From Mobula hypostoma (lineage: Eukaryota), in the NCBI RefSeq assembly GCF_963921235.1, contig NC_086097.1, positions 31,684,001-31,748,000 of the forward strand: a stretch of 64,000 bases of DNA, read 5' to 3'. The notes beneath the pieces are model-generated. The model was given only the letters and a program-made list of their open reading frames with translations, searched no databases and had not been told where the DNA came from. Positions 1 through 11,272 of this stretch are shown piece by piece (positions within the stretch are counted from its first letter, which is position 1; each line of letters starts with the position of its first letter). A program made the position numbers and the translations under genes.

Positions 1-721
1 TTTATAGATGATTCGTGATTTTTATAAATGACCTGGATGAGGAAGTGGAGGGATGGGTTAGTAAGTATGCTGATGACACAATGGTTGGGGGTGTTGTGGA
101 TAGTGTGGAGGGCTGTCAGAGGAATTGAATTTAGGAGCTGAGAGGTAATGTTGCAGCTATATAGGACCCTGGTCAGACCCCACTTGGAGTACTGTTCTCA
201 TTTCTGGTCACCTCACTACAGGAAGGATGTGGAATCCATAGAAAGGGTGCAGAGGAGATTTACAAGGATGTTGCCTGGATTGGGGAGCATGCCTTATGAG
301 AATAGGTTGAATGAACTCGGCCTTTTCTCCTTGGCGTGACGGAAGATGAGAGGTGACCTGATAGAGGTGCATAAGATGATGAGAGGCATTGATCGTGTGC
401 ATAGTCAGAGGCTTTTTCCCAAGGCTGAAGTGGTTGCCACAAGAGGGCACAGTTTTAGGGTGCTGGGGAGTAGGTACAGAGGAGATATCAGGGGTAAGTT
501 TTTTTTTACGTAGAGAGTGGTGAGTGCGTGGAATGGGCTGCTGGCAACGGTGGTGGAGGCGGATACGATAGGGTCTTTTAAGAGACCTTTAGATAGGTAC
601 ATGGAGCTTAGTAAAATAGAGGGCTATAGGTAAGCATAGTCATTTCTAAGGTAGGGACATGTTCGGCACGACTCTGTGGGCGGAAGGGCCTGTATTGTGC
701 TGTAGGTTTTCTAGGTTTCTA
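1..721 (+). mobile_element. CR1 LINE 3' fragment (RT C-terminus and 3' UTR), internally deleted
   Basis: ORF 148-339 MLQLYRTLVRPHLEYCSHFWSPHYRKD... is a CR1 ORF2 C-terminal signature; YADDT-like codons near 66-80; ends in TTCTAGGTTTCTA tail. Confidence 0.9.
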
Positions 722-729
722 ATAATGAA

Positions 730-1250
730 TCAATTCCAATTCCAATTCCAGAGGATGGGAGGTGAGAGGTGGAGACAACAGAGGGCTACAGATGGTGAAA
801 CAAGGGAGGTGGGGAGGGCAGATGGAAACAGTGGGGGTGGGGACTCAGTGGGAGGAGGGTGTGGGTGATGGGCAGATGGAGTGGATGGAGGGAGGAAGAG
901 AAATGGTAATGGGGGAAGGAGGGTGGTGGTGTGAATATAGGAGGAACTGGGTAGATCGAAAGGACAAAGAAAAGAGACAGGTGGGGAGCAGGCTACGTGA
1001 AATTAGAGAATTCGAATGCTCATGCCATCGGGTTGTTAACTAGCTAGCAGGGGTATGAAGTGCTGTTCCATTACTTTGTGCTAGGTCTCCCCCAGCATTG
1101 AAGGAGACTCCCCTACCCTGGAAAACAACAGTGACCGTTGAACTTATCTCAGCCTGTCACACACAAAACACTGCAGGAACTCAGCTGGTAGCAGCATCTA
1201 TGGATAGTAATGAAGAGTCCACATTTCGGGCCGAGACCCTTCAGGGTGTT
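730..1250 (-). mobile_element. Penelope-like element remnants (GIY-YIG C-terminus, pyrimidine-rich tail, terminal segment)
   Basis: Reverse complement of ~1000-1075 resembles the EQH-F--L-S-QPDGM-I-FSNF motif seen better preserved at 4399-4510 and 62013-62258. Confidence 0.65.
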
Positions 1251-1409
1251 GTTTACTCCCCCCCATGGATACTTCATGAGTTCCTGCAGTGTTCCTGCAG
1301 AAAATGCAAGAAAATACAAAGGCAAAAAATCCCATGTACAAAAATCATTAATGACACTTTTTATGAGGTAAATTGTGGAATACTATCACTGCAAACAGTG
1401 AACAGGTGA

Positions 1410-2142
1410 GCGGAGGTGAAGCTGACTCGAGGGATGAGCCGTGCTGGTGCGTTGCAAAGTCAGGGTGCAATGTGTTCGTGGCTGTTTTGGAGACAGAGAT
1501 GGAGTTGGAGCGAGTGATTCAGGGAGGAGCCAAGGTGGAGAAGTTTAGGTGCCCGTCCACCTAAACTGGGTGTGAGGTTGGATTGCTCAAAGCGCTGAGC
1601 CGATTTGGAGAGGTCGAGACTGAGCGGCAAAGTCTAGGCCCTGCGCCAGGGCTCTGTGGGACACGACCCAGTGTTTGGACGATTTAAACACTGGTCCAGA
1701 CAGACACGAAACTCAGGGCGCTGGGACCGAGGCGAGGGTCGGGCCGATTTTGCTCAGTCTCTCGCGATGTTCACTCCTCTCTCCGTGGCGCCGAGGCTGT
1801 GAGTTTGCTCCGGCAGCTGCATGCTTTGTGTCTGCGAGTTTCACGGCAGCCAGCCCCACTATATGATGAACTTGAGACCAAGGCTTTGGCCGTACAGTGG
1901 CTCCTCCGAGGGTTTGGGTCTGTGGATTCAATCTGATTCGAAATGCTGTTGCTTGCTTCTATTGTTTGCATGATTTGTGATATTTTTCTCTTTCTCTGCA
2001 CATTGAGTGTTGGTCTTCTCTTCTCTTAAAATTGGGTTCTTTTGGGGTTCTTGCTTCCTGGCTGCCTGTAAGCAGACAAATCTCAAGGTTGTATAATTTA
2101 TATATACTTTGACAATAAATGAATAAATGTAGTTTGAATCTT
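1410..2142 (+). mobile_element. Non-autonomous LINE-derived repeat
   Basis: 3' part (GGCTGCCTGTAAGCAGACAAATCTCAAGGTTGTATA...ACTTTGA) matches the inverted copy at ~35865-35940; no intact ORF; 5' boundary approximate. Confidence 0.5.
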
Positions 2143-2414
2143 TAAAGATTACCAGCATCTGCAGATTACTTTTGCAAATGGCACAGACGTGACTGGCCAA
2201 ATGGTATTCTGTAAATCTGTTTGAATGTCTTCAGCAGGGGAGGGGTTTGTCAAACAAGGGGAAGGATTGGGGTGTCCCGTGGATGGTTTGAGGTTGGGAG
2301 CAGGGCATTCCAGGCACTCTATAAGTGACTCTGTTCTTCTCACGTGAACAGGCCCTCAGGTCCTTAACTCAATGACAAGAAAACAGAATGCACTAAGGGG
2401 AGAAATGAAAGTGT

Positions 2415-3770
2415 AGAACATAGAACATTATAGCACAGTACATTTCTTTCATCCCTAGAATGTTGTGCCGACCTTTTAACAGACTCTAGGATCAATCTAA
2501 CCCTCCCGTCCACAGGATCAATCTAACCCTCCCCTCCACAGGATCAATCTAACCCTCCCCTCTACAGGATCAATCTAACCCTCCCCTCCACAGGATCAAT
2601 CTAACCCTCCCCTCCACAGGATCAATCTAACCCTCCATTCTACAGGATCAATCTAACCCTCCCCTCCACAGGATCAATCTAACCCTCCCCTCTACAGGAT
2701 CAATCTAACCCTCCTCTCCACAGGATCAATCTAACCCTCCCCTCCACACGGCCATCCATTTTCCTTTCATCCATGTGCCTATCTAAAAAGTCTCTTAAAT
2801 GTTTCTAATGTATCTGCCTCTACCACCACCCCTTGCAGTACGTTCCATGCATCCACCGCTCTTTGTGTAAAAAAAAACAACTACCTTTGACATCCTCCCT
2901 ATTCTTTCCTCCAAGCACCTGAAATTTATGCCCTCTTGTATTTGCCATTTCTGCCCTAGGAAAAAGTCTCTGAGTGTGCACTCTATCCATGCCTCTTATA
3001 CATCTCTAACAAGTCCACTCTCATCCTCCTTCACTCTGAAGAGAAAAACCCTAGTTCGCTCAACTTATTCTCATAAGCCACGCTCTCCAATCCTGGCAGC
3101 ATCCTGGTAAATCTCCTCTGCATCCTCTCCAAAGGATCCACATCCTTCCTATAATGAGGCAACCAGAACTGAACGCAATACTCCAATTCATAAAAACAAG
3201 AGAATCTGCCTTTGCTGAAAATCCAGAGCAATACACCCACCAAATGTTGGAGGAACTCAGCTGGTCAGGCAGCATCTGTGGAAATAAATAAAGAATTGAT
3301 CTTTCAGGCCAGGACATTTCATCAGGGCTGGACTGAGATCAATGCTCTGCACATGTGGTCTAGCCAGGGTTTTATAGAGCTGCAACGTTACCTTGTGGCT
3401 CTTGAACTAATGAAAACCCTAACACACAATACACCTTTTAACCACAACTTGCACAGCAACTTTGTGGATCTCTCTGTTCCTCCTCACTGCTAAGGATCCT
3501 GTCATTAACCCTGTATTCTGCCCTCAAGTTCGATCTTCTGGAGTGAATCACTTTGCACTTTTCTGGATTGAACTCCATCTGCCACTTCTCAGCCTAGCTC
3601 TACATCCTGTCAATGTCCTGTTGTATTCTAGGATAACCTTCCACACTATCAACAAGTCCACCAACCTTTGCGTCATCTGCAAACTTACTAAATCACCTTA
3701 TCCAGGTCATTCTACTTGCTTATCCAAGTCATTTATAAAAAATCACAACAAGCAGGGGTCTCTGTGGAAC
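2415..3770 (-). mobile_element. Fragmented CR1 LINE 3' region, interrupted by a Penelope-derived short element (~3195-3335)
   Basis: ORF 3031-3243 contains LEYCVQFWLPHYRKDVDPLERMQRRFTRMLPGL; (AGAACAT) tail at 2415-2428. Confidence 0.85.
2488..2747. repeat. 26-bp minisatellite, 10 copies (AGGATCAATCTAACCCTCCCCTCCAC)
   Basis: Units start at 2488, 2514, 2540 ... 2722 with 0-3 substitutions each. Confidence 0.97.
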
Positions 3771-4419
3771 ACATGATACAGAAGAAGGAGTAAAGAAAGC
3801 ATCACGTCCTGGCAAAATACAGCAGAGGTGGACCAGATGTTGGGAAAGTGCTCAGCAGGATGGGAACCTGGAAATCTGCCCCCAAAAATGACTTCTCCAG
3901 CTAATGGTCAAAGTCCTGCGATTGGTGGGTTTTGGGGTGGATACCCAGAGGTCAGCAGTACAGAGATTGAAGTCCAGGAATTGGCATATCTGGAGGTCAA
4001 AGCCTGAAATTCGAAGACTGAAGTCAACAAGTCCAGAGGTCAAGGCCTGAAGGTTGAAGCCCCTAGCTCAGCACGTCCAGAGGTTGAAGGCCTGATACTT
4101 GTGAGTCCTGGTCAGTGACTGGAGGTTGAAAGCTTAATGTATGAGAGGCTGGAGGCCTGGAGGTGTCCTGTCCGGTGGTTGGAGACCTGTCTGTGAGTAC
4201 GGGTGAGTGAGAGGGTGGGAAAGGGGCTTGCTGCCTGACCTTCTGAGTTCTTCCAGCTTTCTGTGTGTGTTGCTCTGGATTTCCGGTACTTGCAGAATCT
4301 TGTGTTTTTTTTTTGCTGCTGTTGTTTTGTTTTGTTGTGTTGTTATTGCTGCGTTGTTCTGCCAAGCATTGTGGGCATGCTAGGCTGGAGTCAGATGTGT
4401 GATGACATTTACGGGCTGC

Positions 4420-4880
4420 TCCACACTCATGATGGAGGAGCAAAACCTTATATTCCATCTGGGTAGCCTCCAACCTAATGGCATGAACATCAATTTCTCC
4501 TTCGGCAATTTTTTTCCTCTCCCCTTGTCTTTTTCTATTCCCCACTCTGGCATCTTACCTCTTCTCACCCACCTACTATCCCCCTCCCCCCCACATGGGT
4601 CCCCTCCTCCTTTCCTTTCTCCAGTCCTCTCTCCTCTCTTAGCAGTTTCCTTCCTCTCCAGCCCTTTTACCTTTCCTAACCACCTGGTTTCACCTTTTAA
4701 CTTTTAGCTATTCCCCTTCCCCTCTCCCCATTTTTTTTTTATCCTGGCATCTTCCCCCTTCCTTGCCAGTCCTGAAGATGGGCCATTTATTCACTTCCAT
4801 AGATGCTACCTGACCTGCTGAGTTCCTTCAACATTTTGTGTGGCTTTGGATTTCCAGCATCTGCAGAATTTTTTGTGTTT
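4420..4880 (+). mobile_element. Penelope-like element 3' remnant
   Basis: ORF 4399 encodes EEQNLIFHLGSLQPNGMNINFS (GIY-YIG C-terminus), followed by a pyrimidine-rich tract and the recurrent GATGCT-CCTGACCTGCTGAGTTCC segment. Confidence 0.8.
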
Positions 4881-4932
4881 ACGATTAGGTTGTGTTGGTT
4901 GTTGCATTTCAGTGTACGTTTTACAATGCAGT

Positions 4933-5218
4933 TGTGGCGACCCACTTTCTGGCACCCACGAACCGGCTCACAACAGCGCGCGCAGGCAGAGGGCCGGCCC
5001 CAAAAAGGACGCCAGGCCATCTTCACCAGCAGGGGTAAAATCCCGCGTGCGGAAAGGGTCTGGGAATATGCATTCCCCACAGCAGTCCCGCCCCAGGGAG
5101 GGCGGGAACGGGAAGGCTTTAAAGCTGGCCACGAAGTCTGAATAAATCTTTTTCATCGCAACTCTAACTCACCGACTCCGTGTGGTTATTCTAGCGCTGT
5201 GTGTAGCACACCGCTACA
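4933..5218 (+). repeat. 5' LTR (286 bp)
   Basis: TGTGGCGA...GCTACA; TTTAAA 5118-5123; AATAAA 5141-5146; about 8 substitutions and 2 indels versus the 3' LTR. Confidence 0.97.
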
Positions 5219-5220
5219 AT

Positions 5221-5232
5221 TGGTGACCCCGA
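5221..5232 (+). promoter_or_regulatory. Primer-binding site complementary to tRNA-Trp 3' end
   Basis: TGGTGACCCCGA, 2 nt after the 5' LTR, equals the first 12 nt of the tRNA-Trp PBS of avian sarcoma/leukosis viruses (TGGTGACCCCGACGTGAT). Confidence 0.9.
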
Positions 5233-5258
5233 TGGCCCAAACGATATTTGGACCAGAG

Positions 5259-5960
5259 ATGACCGACGCTGCATCTGTTCACGCAGTTTCGTTAAAACTG
5301 CCAAGCTTCTGGACGCTGCGACTCCAATTATGGTTCGAACAAGCAGAAGCACAATTTCACATTCGGCAGATAACCTCGGAGTCCACTCGCTACTACTACG
5401 TGCTGAGCTCCCTCGACCAGGAGACAGCTGCACAAGTTGAGTTTATACAGTCGCCCCCGGAGAACGACAAATACACAGCATTCAAAGCCCTGCTCATAAG
5501 GACTTTCGGACTCTCACGGCGCGAACGAGCACGCTGCTTAATGCACCTGGATGGTTTGGGAGACAGGCTGCCGTCAGCATTAATGAACGAGATGCTGGCC
5601 CTGGCTGAAGGACACAAATCCTGCCTCATGTTTGAGCAGGCGTTCCTAGAGCAACTGCCCGAGGACATATGCCTGCTGCTGTCCGACGCAGATTTCAGCA
5701 ACCCCCGGGAGGTAGCGGCCCGAGCAGATGTGCTGTGGAATGCTAGGAAAGAGAGAGGGGCATCCGTCGCACAGATCACCAAGCCGCGTGCCCAACGACA
5801 GACCAGACCAGGCCCGGCAGTAGAGCCTACAAAACCCAGTGACGGGAGTGAGGAGCCCAACGAACAATGGTGTTTCTACCACCAGCGGTGGGGCACAGAG
5901 GCCCGCCGCTGCAGACCACCCTGCAAATTCCCGGGAAACGCCAGGGCCAGCCGCCGCTGA
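5259..5960 (+). CDS. gag: Gypsy Gag (233 aa, open), with C-x2-H-x9-C-x3-C knuckle
   Basis: MTDAASVHAVSLKLPSFW...WFEQAEAQF...CFYHQRWGTEARRCRPPC; ATG at 5259 just after the PBS. Confidence 0.9.
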   Translation: MTDAASVHAVSLKLPSFWTLRLQLWFEQAEAQFHIRQITSESTRYYYVLSSLDQETAAQVEFIQSPPENDKYTAFKALLIRTFGLSRRERARCLMHLDGLGDRLPSALMNEMLALAEGHKSCLMFEQAFLEQLPEDICLLLSDADFSNPREVAARADVLWNARKERGASVAQITKPRAQRQTRPGPAVEPTKPSDGSEEPNEQWCFYHQRWGTEARRCRPPCKFPGNARASRR

Positions 5961-5984
5961 TGGCTACGGTGGCTGGCCATCTGG
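5933..5984 (+). promoter_or_regulatory. -1 ribosomal frameshift signal (G GGA AAC plus hairpin)
   Basis: Heptamer 5933-5939 in the gag frame; stem GGCCAGCCGCCG (5945-5956)/CGGTGGCTGGCC (5967-5978); the -1 frame leads to the protease LVDTGA. Confidence 0.85.
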
Positions 5985-8900
5985 ACAGCCTCCTGTAGGT
6001 CTGGGACAAGCAGTCGGGACGCTGCTTTTTGGTCGACACCGGAGCGGAGATCAGCGTCTTACCTCCAACGAGTTACGATACCCGCAACAGAGAACCGGGA
6101 CCCACCCTGAGGGCCGCTAATGGCAGCACAATACAAACCTACGGCACCCGCATGGTGCGGCTACAGTTCAGCTCCAGCCGGTTCATGTGGGACTTCACAC
6201 TGGCCGCCGTGGCCCAACCACTCCTGGGGGCGGATTTTCTGCGAGCCCACAGCCTGCTGGTCAACCTGCATGGGAAGCAATTAGTCCACGCCAAGACTTT
6301 TCAAACGTTCTCCCTGGGTGAAGCACAGTTGCCAGCCCCACACCTGGACTCCATCATGCTGTCCGACGACGAATTCACCAGGGTCCTGGCGGATTTCCCA
6401 TCAGTACTGACACCGCAGTTCACGGCAGCCATGCCCAGACACGGAGTACAGCACCACATCCCGACCCAGGGACCACCCCTCCACGCCCGTGCTTGAAGGC
6501 TTCCCCCGGACAAGCTCCGACTGGTGAAGGAGGAGTTCAAGAAGATGGAGGAATTGGGGATCATACGACGGTCCGACAGCCCATGGGCCTCCCCCCTTCA
6601 CATGGTGCCCAAAGCAACGGGGGCTGGAGACCATGCGGTGACTACCACAGACTGAACGAGGCTACAACGCCAGACCGCTACCCTGTGCCGCACATTCAAG
6701 ACTTCGCAGCAAATCTACACGACGCAAGGATCTTTTCCAAGGTAGACCTCATCGGGGGATACCATCAAATCCCTGTACATCCGGACGACATCCCCAAAAC
6801 TGCACTTATCACCCCGTTCGGACTTTTCGAATTCCTCCGAATGCCGTTTGGTCTAAAGAATGCCGCACAGACTTTCCAGCGGCTAATGGACACGGTGGGA
6901 CGTGACCTGGACTTTGCATTCATCTATTTGGACGACATCCTCATAGCCAGCAGTAGTCGGCAGGAGCACCTGTCCCACCTCCGCCAGCTCTACTCCCGCC
7001 TGAGCGAATTCGGCCTTACAATCAACCCAGCCAAATGCCAGTTCGGACTCGACACCATCGACTTCCTGGGCCACAGGATTACTAAAGACGGGGCAACCCC
7101 GCTGCCTGCCAAGGTAGACGCAGTCCGCAACTTGCCCCGACCCAACACAATCAAAGGCCTGCAGGAATTCGTGGGTATGGTGAATTTCTACCACCGTTTC
7201 CTCCCCTCAGCAGCCCGAACTATGTGACCCCTGTTCACTCTAACGTCGGGTAAGGGCAAGGACATTACCTGGGACGAAGAGGCCGCAACCGCTTTCGTTA
7301 AAACCAAAGAGGCCTTGGCAAACGCCGCGATGCTAGTGCACCCAAGAACGGACGTTCCTACTGCCCTCACGGTGGACGCATCCAACACAGCGGTCAGTGG
7401 AGTGCTGGAACAACTCATCGAGGGCCGCTGGCAACCCCTGGCGTTCTTCAGCAAACACCTACGACCACCTGAACTCAAATACAGTGCTTTCGACCGGGAG
7501 CTATTGGCACTATACCTGGCAATATGGCATTTCAGGTACTTCTTAGAAGGTAGGCCCTTCACTGCATTCACAGACCACAAACTGCTTACCTTTGCGTTCA
7601 TGAAGGTATCCGACCCCTGGTCGTCCCGCCAGCAGCGACATCTGTCCTACATCTCCGAGTACACGACGGACATCCGGCATGTCTCTGGAAAGGACAACGT
7701 CGTGGCGGACGCACTTTCCAGACCTACCATACAGGCCCTGTCCCAGGGGGTGGACTATGCAGCGCTGGCAGAGGCACAGCAGGCAGACGCTGAGATCCCC
7801 AGTTACAGGACTGCAGTCTCCGGTTTGCAGCTCCAAGACCTCCCCGTAGGCCCAGGTGAGAGGACCCTACTATGTGACGTAGCTACCGGCCAACCCCGCC
7901 CCGTCGTCCCAGCAGCCTGGCGCCGGTGGGTTTTCGAGTCCATTCACAACTTAGCGCACCCCTCCATCAGGACAACCATCCGGCTGGTCGCCAACAGGTT
8001 CGTGTGGCATGGACTGCGTAAACAGGTCAGTGAATGGGCCAAAACGTGCATGCAGTGCCAAACGGCCAAGGTGCAGCGGCACACCAAGGCTCCGCCGCAG
8101 CGGTTCGAACCCACCCGCCGGAGGTTCGACCACATCCATGTGGATATCATGGGGCCCCTGCCAGTGTCACGAGGAGCGCGGTACCTCCTAACTATGATAG
8201 ACTGGTTCACCAGATGGCCAGAGGCAGTCCCGCTCACCGACACCACCTCCGAATCCTGCGCCCGAGCACTGATCGCAACCTGGGTAGTCTGCTTCGGGGT
8301 ACCGGCCCACATTACCTCCGACAGGGGCGCCCAGTTCACCTCCAGTCTGTGGTCAGGTATGGCCAACCTTTTAGGATCTCAGCTACACCACACAACTGCC
8401 TACCACCCACAGTCGAACGGACTACTAGAGCGCTTCCACCGTCACCTGAAATCGGCTCTCTTGGCCCGCCTGGAGGGGTCTAACTGGGTGGACGAGCTTC
8501 CCTGGGTCCTCCTCGGAATCCGCACGGCACCCAAAGAGGATCTGCACACCTCGTCGGCTGAGTTGGTGTACGGCGTACCCCTGGTAGTCCCAGAAGAGTT
8601 CATACCAGCCCCAAGGGGGCAAGAGGAAGAACCCACAGCAGTCCTGGACAGACTACGGGAGAGGCTCGGTAACCTGGCCCCCATACCCACTTCACAGCAC
8701 GGACAGAGCCCGACCTGCGTACCCAAAGACCTGCAGAACTGTAAGTTTCCTTTTGTACGACGGGGCGGACACCGGGCACCGCTACAGCGGCCCTGCGAGG
8801 GGCTGTTCAAGGTGATCAGTAACAACGGGTCCACGTTCGTGCTGGACACTGGGAGGAGAGAGGAGGTTTTCACAGTGGACCGACTCAAACCGGCCCATGT

Positions 8901-9228
8901 GGACTTGGCGCAGCAGGTCCGGGCTCAGGCACCGCGGCGCAGGGGCAGACCTCCCAAACAGAGGCCGATCCAGACTGTGGACATTGGGGGAGGTATCGCC
9001 GGTTCTGGGGGGGGCGGTTATGTGGCGACCCACTTTCTGGCACCCACGAACCGGCTCACAACAGCGCGCGCAGGCAGAGGGCCGGCCCCAAAAAGGGCGC
9101 CAGGCCATCTTCACCAGCAGGGGGAAAATCCCGCGTGCGGAAAGGGTCTGGGAATATGCATTCCCCACAGCAGTCCCGCACAGGGAGGGCAGGAACGGGA
9201 AGGCTTTAAAGCAGGCCGCGAAGTCTGA
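5960..9228 (+). pseudogene. pol: Gypsy pol (protease, RT, RNase H, integrase), disrupted
   Basis: LVDTGA; YLDD; VDAS/DRELL/TDHK/ADALSR; IHNLAH...CMQC, HIHVD, ITSDRG, GLLERF. Lesions: TAG 5996-5998, TGA 6494-6496, frameshift ~6615, TGA 7225-7227. Confidence 0.95.
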
Positions 9229-9303
9229 ATAAATCTTTTTCATCGCAACTCTAACTCACCGACTCTGTGTGGTTATTCTAGCGCTGTGTAGCACACTGCT
9301 ACA
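9021..9303 (+). repeat. 3' LTR (283 bp), preceded by G-rich polypurine tract (~9007-9018)
   Basis: Near-identical to 4933-5218; AATAAA 9228-9233. Confidence 0.97.
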
Positions 9304-9871
9304 CGGTAATAAATGAATCTGAACCTGAAAGAAGCCTCTATTTTAAACTCAATAAAGCTGTATTCTCCAACTTAATGACTTTAAAATAGAGGCTGAGTCA
9401 CATTTGCAGAACAGATTACAATTGTTCTCCGCTTCTGCGATTAAGTGTCTCCCAGTGCAACACAACGTACTGGTAATTGCACATCAACGGCATGTAATTA
9501 ACAGCTGGAATTTCAGGTGAGGAATGAGCCAGGAGGAAGTGAGCATTGTCTTGGTAAAATGGCCATTTCTCTGGTAACAGGTGCTTAGTGCAGTTTCTGT
9601 AGAGATGGTGACAACACACAAATAATCACTGCAACACCTTCAACCAACCTCTGACTGGCATCTTGCACAGCCAGTGGGGCGCAGGCTTTCCCCAGTCAAG
9701 AGGTGGCTGCACCTATGGGTGATCTTGGGTGTGGGCTGGGCAGGACAATGTGCTTGGGATGGTAGTATGTTGTTTTGTGATATTGGAGCCCAGTTACCAA
9801 GGTGTGAGGGAGCAGATGGAGAAAGGCGCCTCATAAAGTTGTACTTTGATCTCTGCTTCCAACTTCATTAG

Positions 9872-9939
9872 GGCAAATTCTCAAGATGTTTCACACCTAC
9901 AAGACAACCAACCACCTGGAGAATACAAAGCAAGTAGAT
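9872..9939 (+). CDS. Candidate first coding exon of the CCDC170-like gene (possible ATG at 9886: MFHTYKTTNHLENTKQVD)
   Basis: Pyrimidine-rich acceptor ...CTTCATTAG, donor GTAAGT, non-repetitive context; ends phase 0, compatible with exon 16338; no homology support. Confidence 0.4.
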
Positions 9940-10129
9940 GTAAGTGTTGGCTGTAAATTTGTCACACAAGCAACATTTTGTCTCTTCTCTAGTCCTTCTT
10001 TCCATCTATACCTTCAGTCGGATTTGGATCTGTCTATGTAATCGCTTGCGGATTTGGGTTTGGATTCAGATTCAGTCTCCTATGGACCCAGAGCAAAGGA
10101 ATTAGGCAGTTGTGTGGAGGGATTGAGGG

Positions 10130-11030
10130 AAATGTTTACAGAAAGTGGTGTATACAGCCAGGTCCATCACAGGCAAAATCCTCCACATCAATGAGCACAT
10201 TTACAAGGAGCGCTACCACAAGAAAGCAGCATCCATCATCAAAGTCTATCCTCTCTTCTGGCTGCTGCAGTCTGGCATGGAGGTATGGGAGCCTAAAGTC
10301 CCATCCACTAGATTCAGGAAGTGTTCTTACCCTACAACCATCAGGCTCCTAAACTGGCGTCGATAACTTTACTCACCTCAACACTGAACTGATTCAATGA
10401 TCTAAAGACTCACTTCCAAGGACTCTGCAACTTGTGTTCTTAGTCTTATTATTATTGTTATGTTTTTAATTGGTTGTTTAGTCAGTCTTTATGTTTAGGT
10501 TTTCATTAATTCTATTGCATTTCTTTATTTTCCTGTAAATGTCTGCAAGAAATGAATCTCAAGGTAACCAATTCATGCATAATAAATTTACTTGGACTTT
10601 GGTTGAGTAAGTGGGGCAGTAGGTAAGAATGGTTTAATGAATCAATGCAGTGAAAATCTTCAGAATCGGAATCAGATTTAATATCACCGGCAAATGTTGT
10701 GAAATTTGTTGTTATGTGGCAGCAGTACTTTGCAATACAAAATAATAAAAACTGTGAAAATAAATTTAATTAATTAAGTGGTGCAAAAAGAGAGGGGCGT
10801 GTTAATGGGTTCATTGTCCATTCAGAAATCAGATGGTAGAGGGGAAGAAGCTGTACCTGAGTTACTGAGTGTGTGCCTTCAGGCTCCTTTACCTCCTTCC
10901 TGATGGTATCAATAAGAAGAGGGCATGTCTCGGGTGATGGGGGTCCTTAATGATGGATGCCACCTTTCTGAGGCATCGCTCCTTGAAGATGGCCTGGGTG
11001 CTGGGGAGGCTAGTGCCCATTGCAGGCATG
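10130..11030. mobile_element. Two Rex1/Babar-type LINE 3' fragments (plus ~10130-10600, minus ~10660-11030)
   Basis: KKAASIIK...TRFRKCSYPTTIRLLN on the plus strand; the same C-terminal motif on the minus strand with an (AATCAG) tail. Confidence 0.7.
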
Positions 11031-11272
11031 CTGTGTTAGTGCTGGAAGCACGGCAACACTTGCGGGCCCCCAGCACAAACTCGGACTGTGTTGGTTGTTG
11101 ACACAAATAATGCATTTCACTGTAAGTTTTGATATACATGTGATATTTAAGTATATTCCCTCTTGAGGTATTACAAGGTAAAACATTAACAGAATTCAGA
11201 ATAAACTGTTGCAGTTACAGAGAAAGTGCAGACAATAAGGGTCAAGGTCTTCATAAGAGGTCAAGGGTCCAT

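Larger units (their letters stand above)
4933..9303 (+). mobile_element. Full-length Ty3/Gypsy LTR retrotransposon, CsRN1-like
   Basis: Paired LTRs TGT...ACA; 4-bp TSD CAGT (4929-4932)/CGGT (9304-9307); PBS; gag; PR-RT-RH-IN order; G-rich PPT. Confidence 0.97.

Noticed and set aside
1301..1405. Additional upstream coding exon (CAG acceptor at 1300; donors after 1367 or 1405)
   Set aside because: No open phase joins it to the favoured frame of 9872, and there is no homology. The 1367 donor could join 16338 directly, or it may be UTR, but neither is supportable.
2488..2747. CRISPR-like array
   Set aside because: Head-to-tail units with no unique spacers, CR1-derived, eukaryotic context, no cas genes.
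5259..5960. Domesticated gag (open while pol is broken)
   Set aside because: Four lesions in ~3.3 kb of pol predict about one in 0.7 kb, so an open gag is unremarkable; the element is young and retains both LTRs.
5396..8888. Long antisense and alternate-frame ORFs over the Gypsy element (also over the CR1 copies and host exons)
   Set aside because: Shadow ORFs of coding sequence with no independent motifs.
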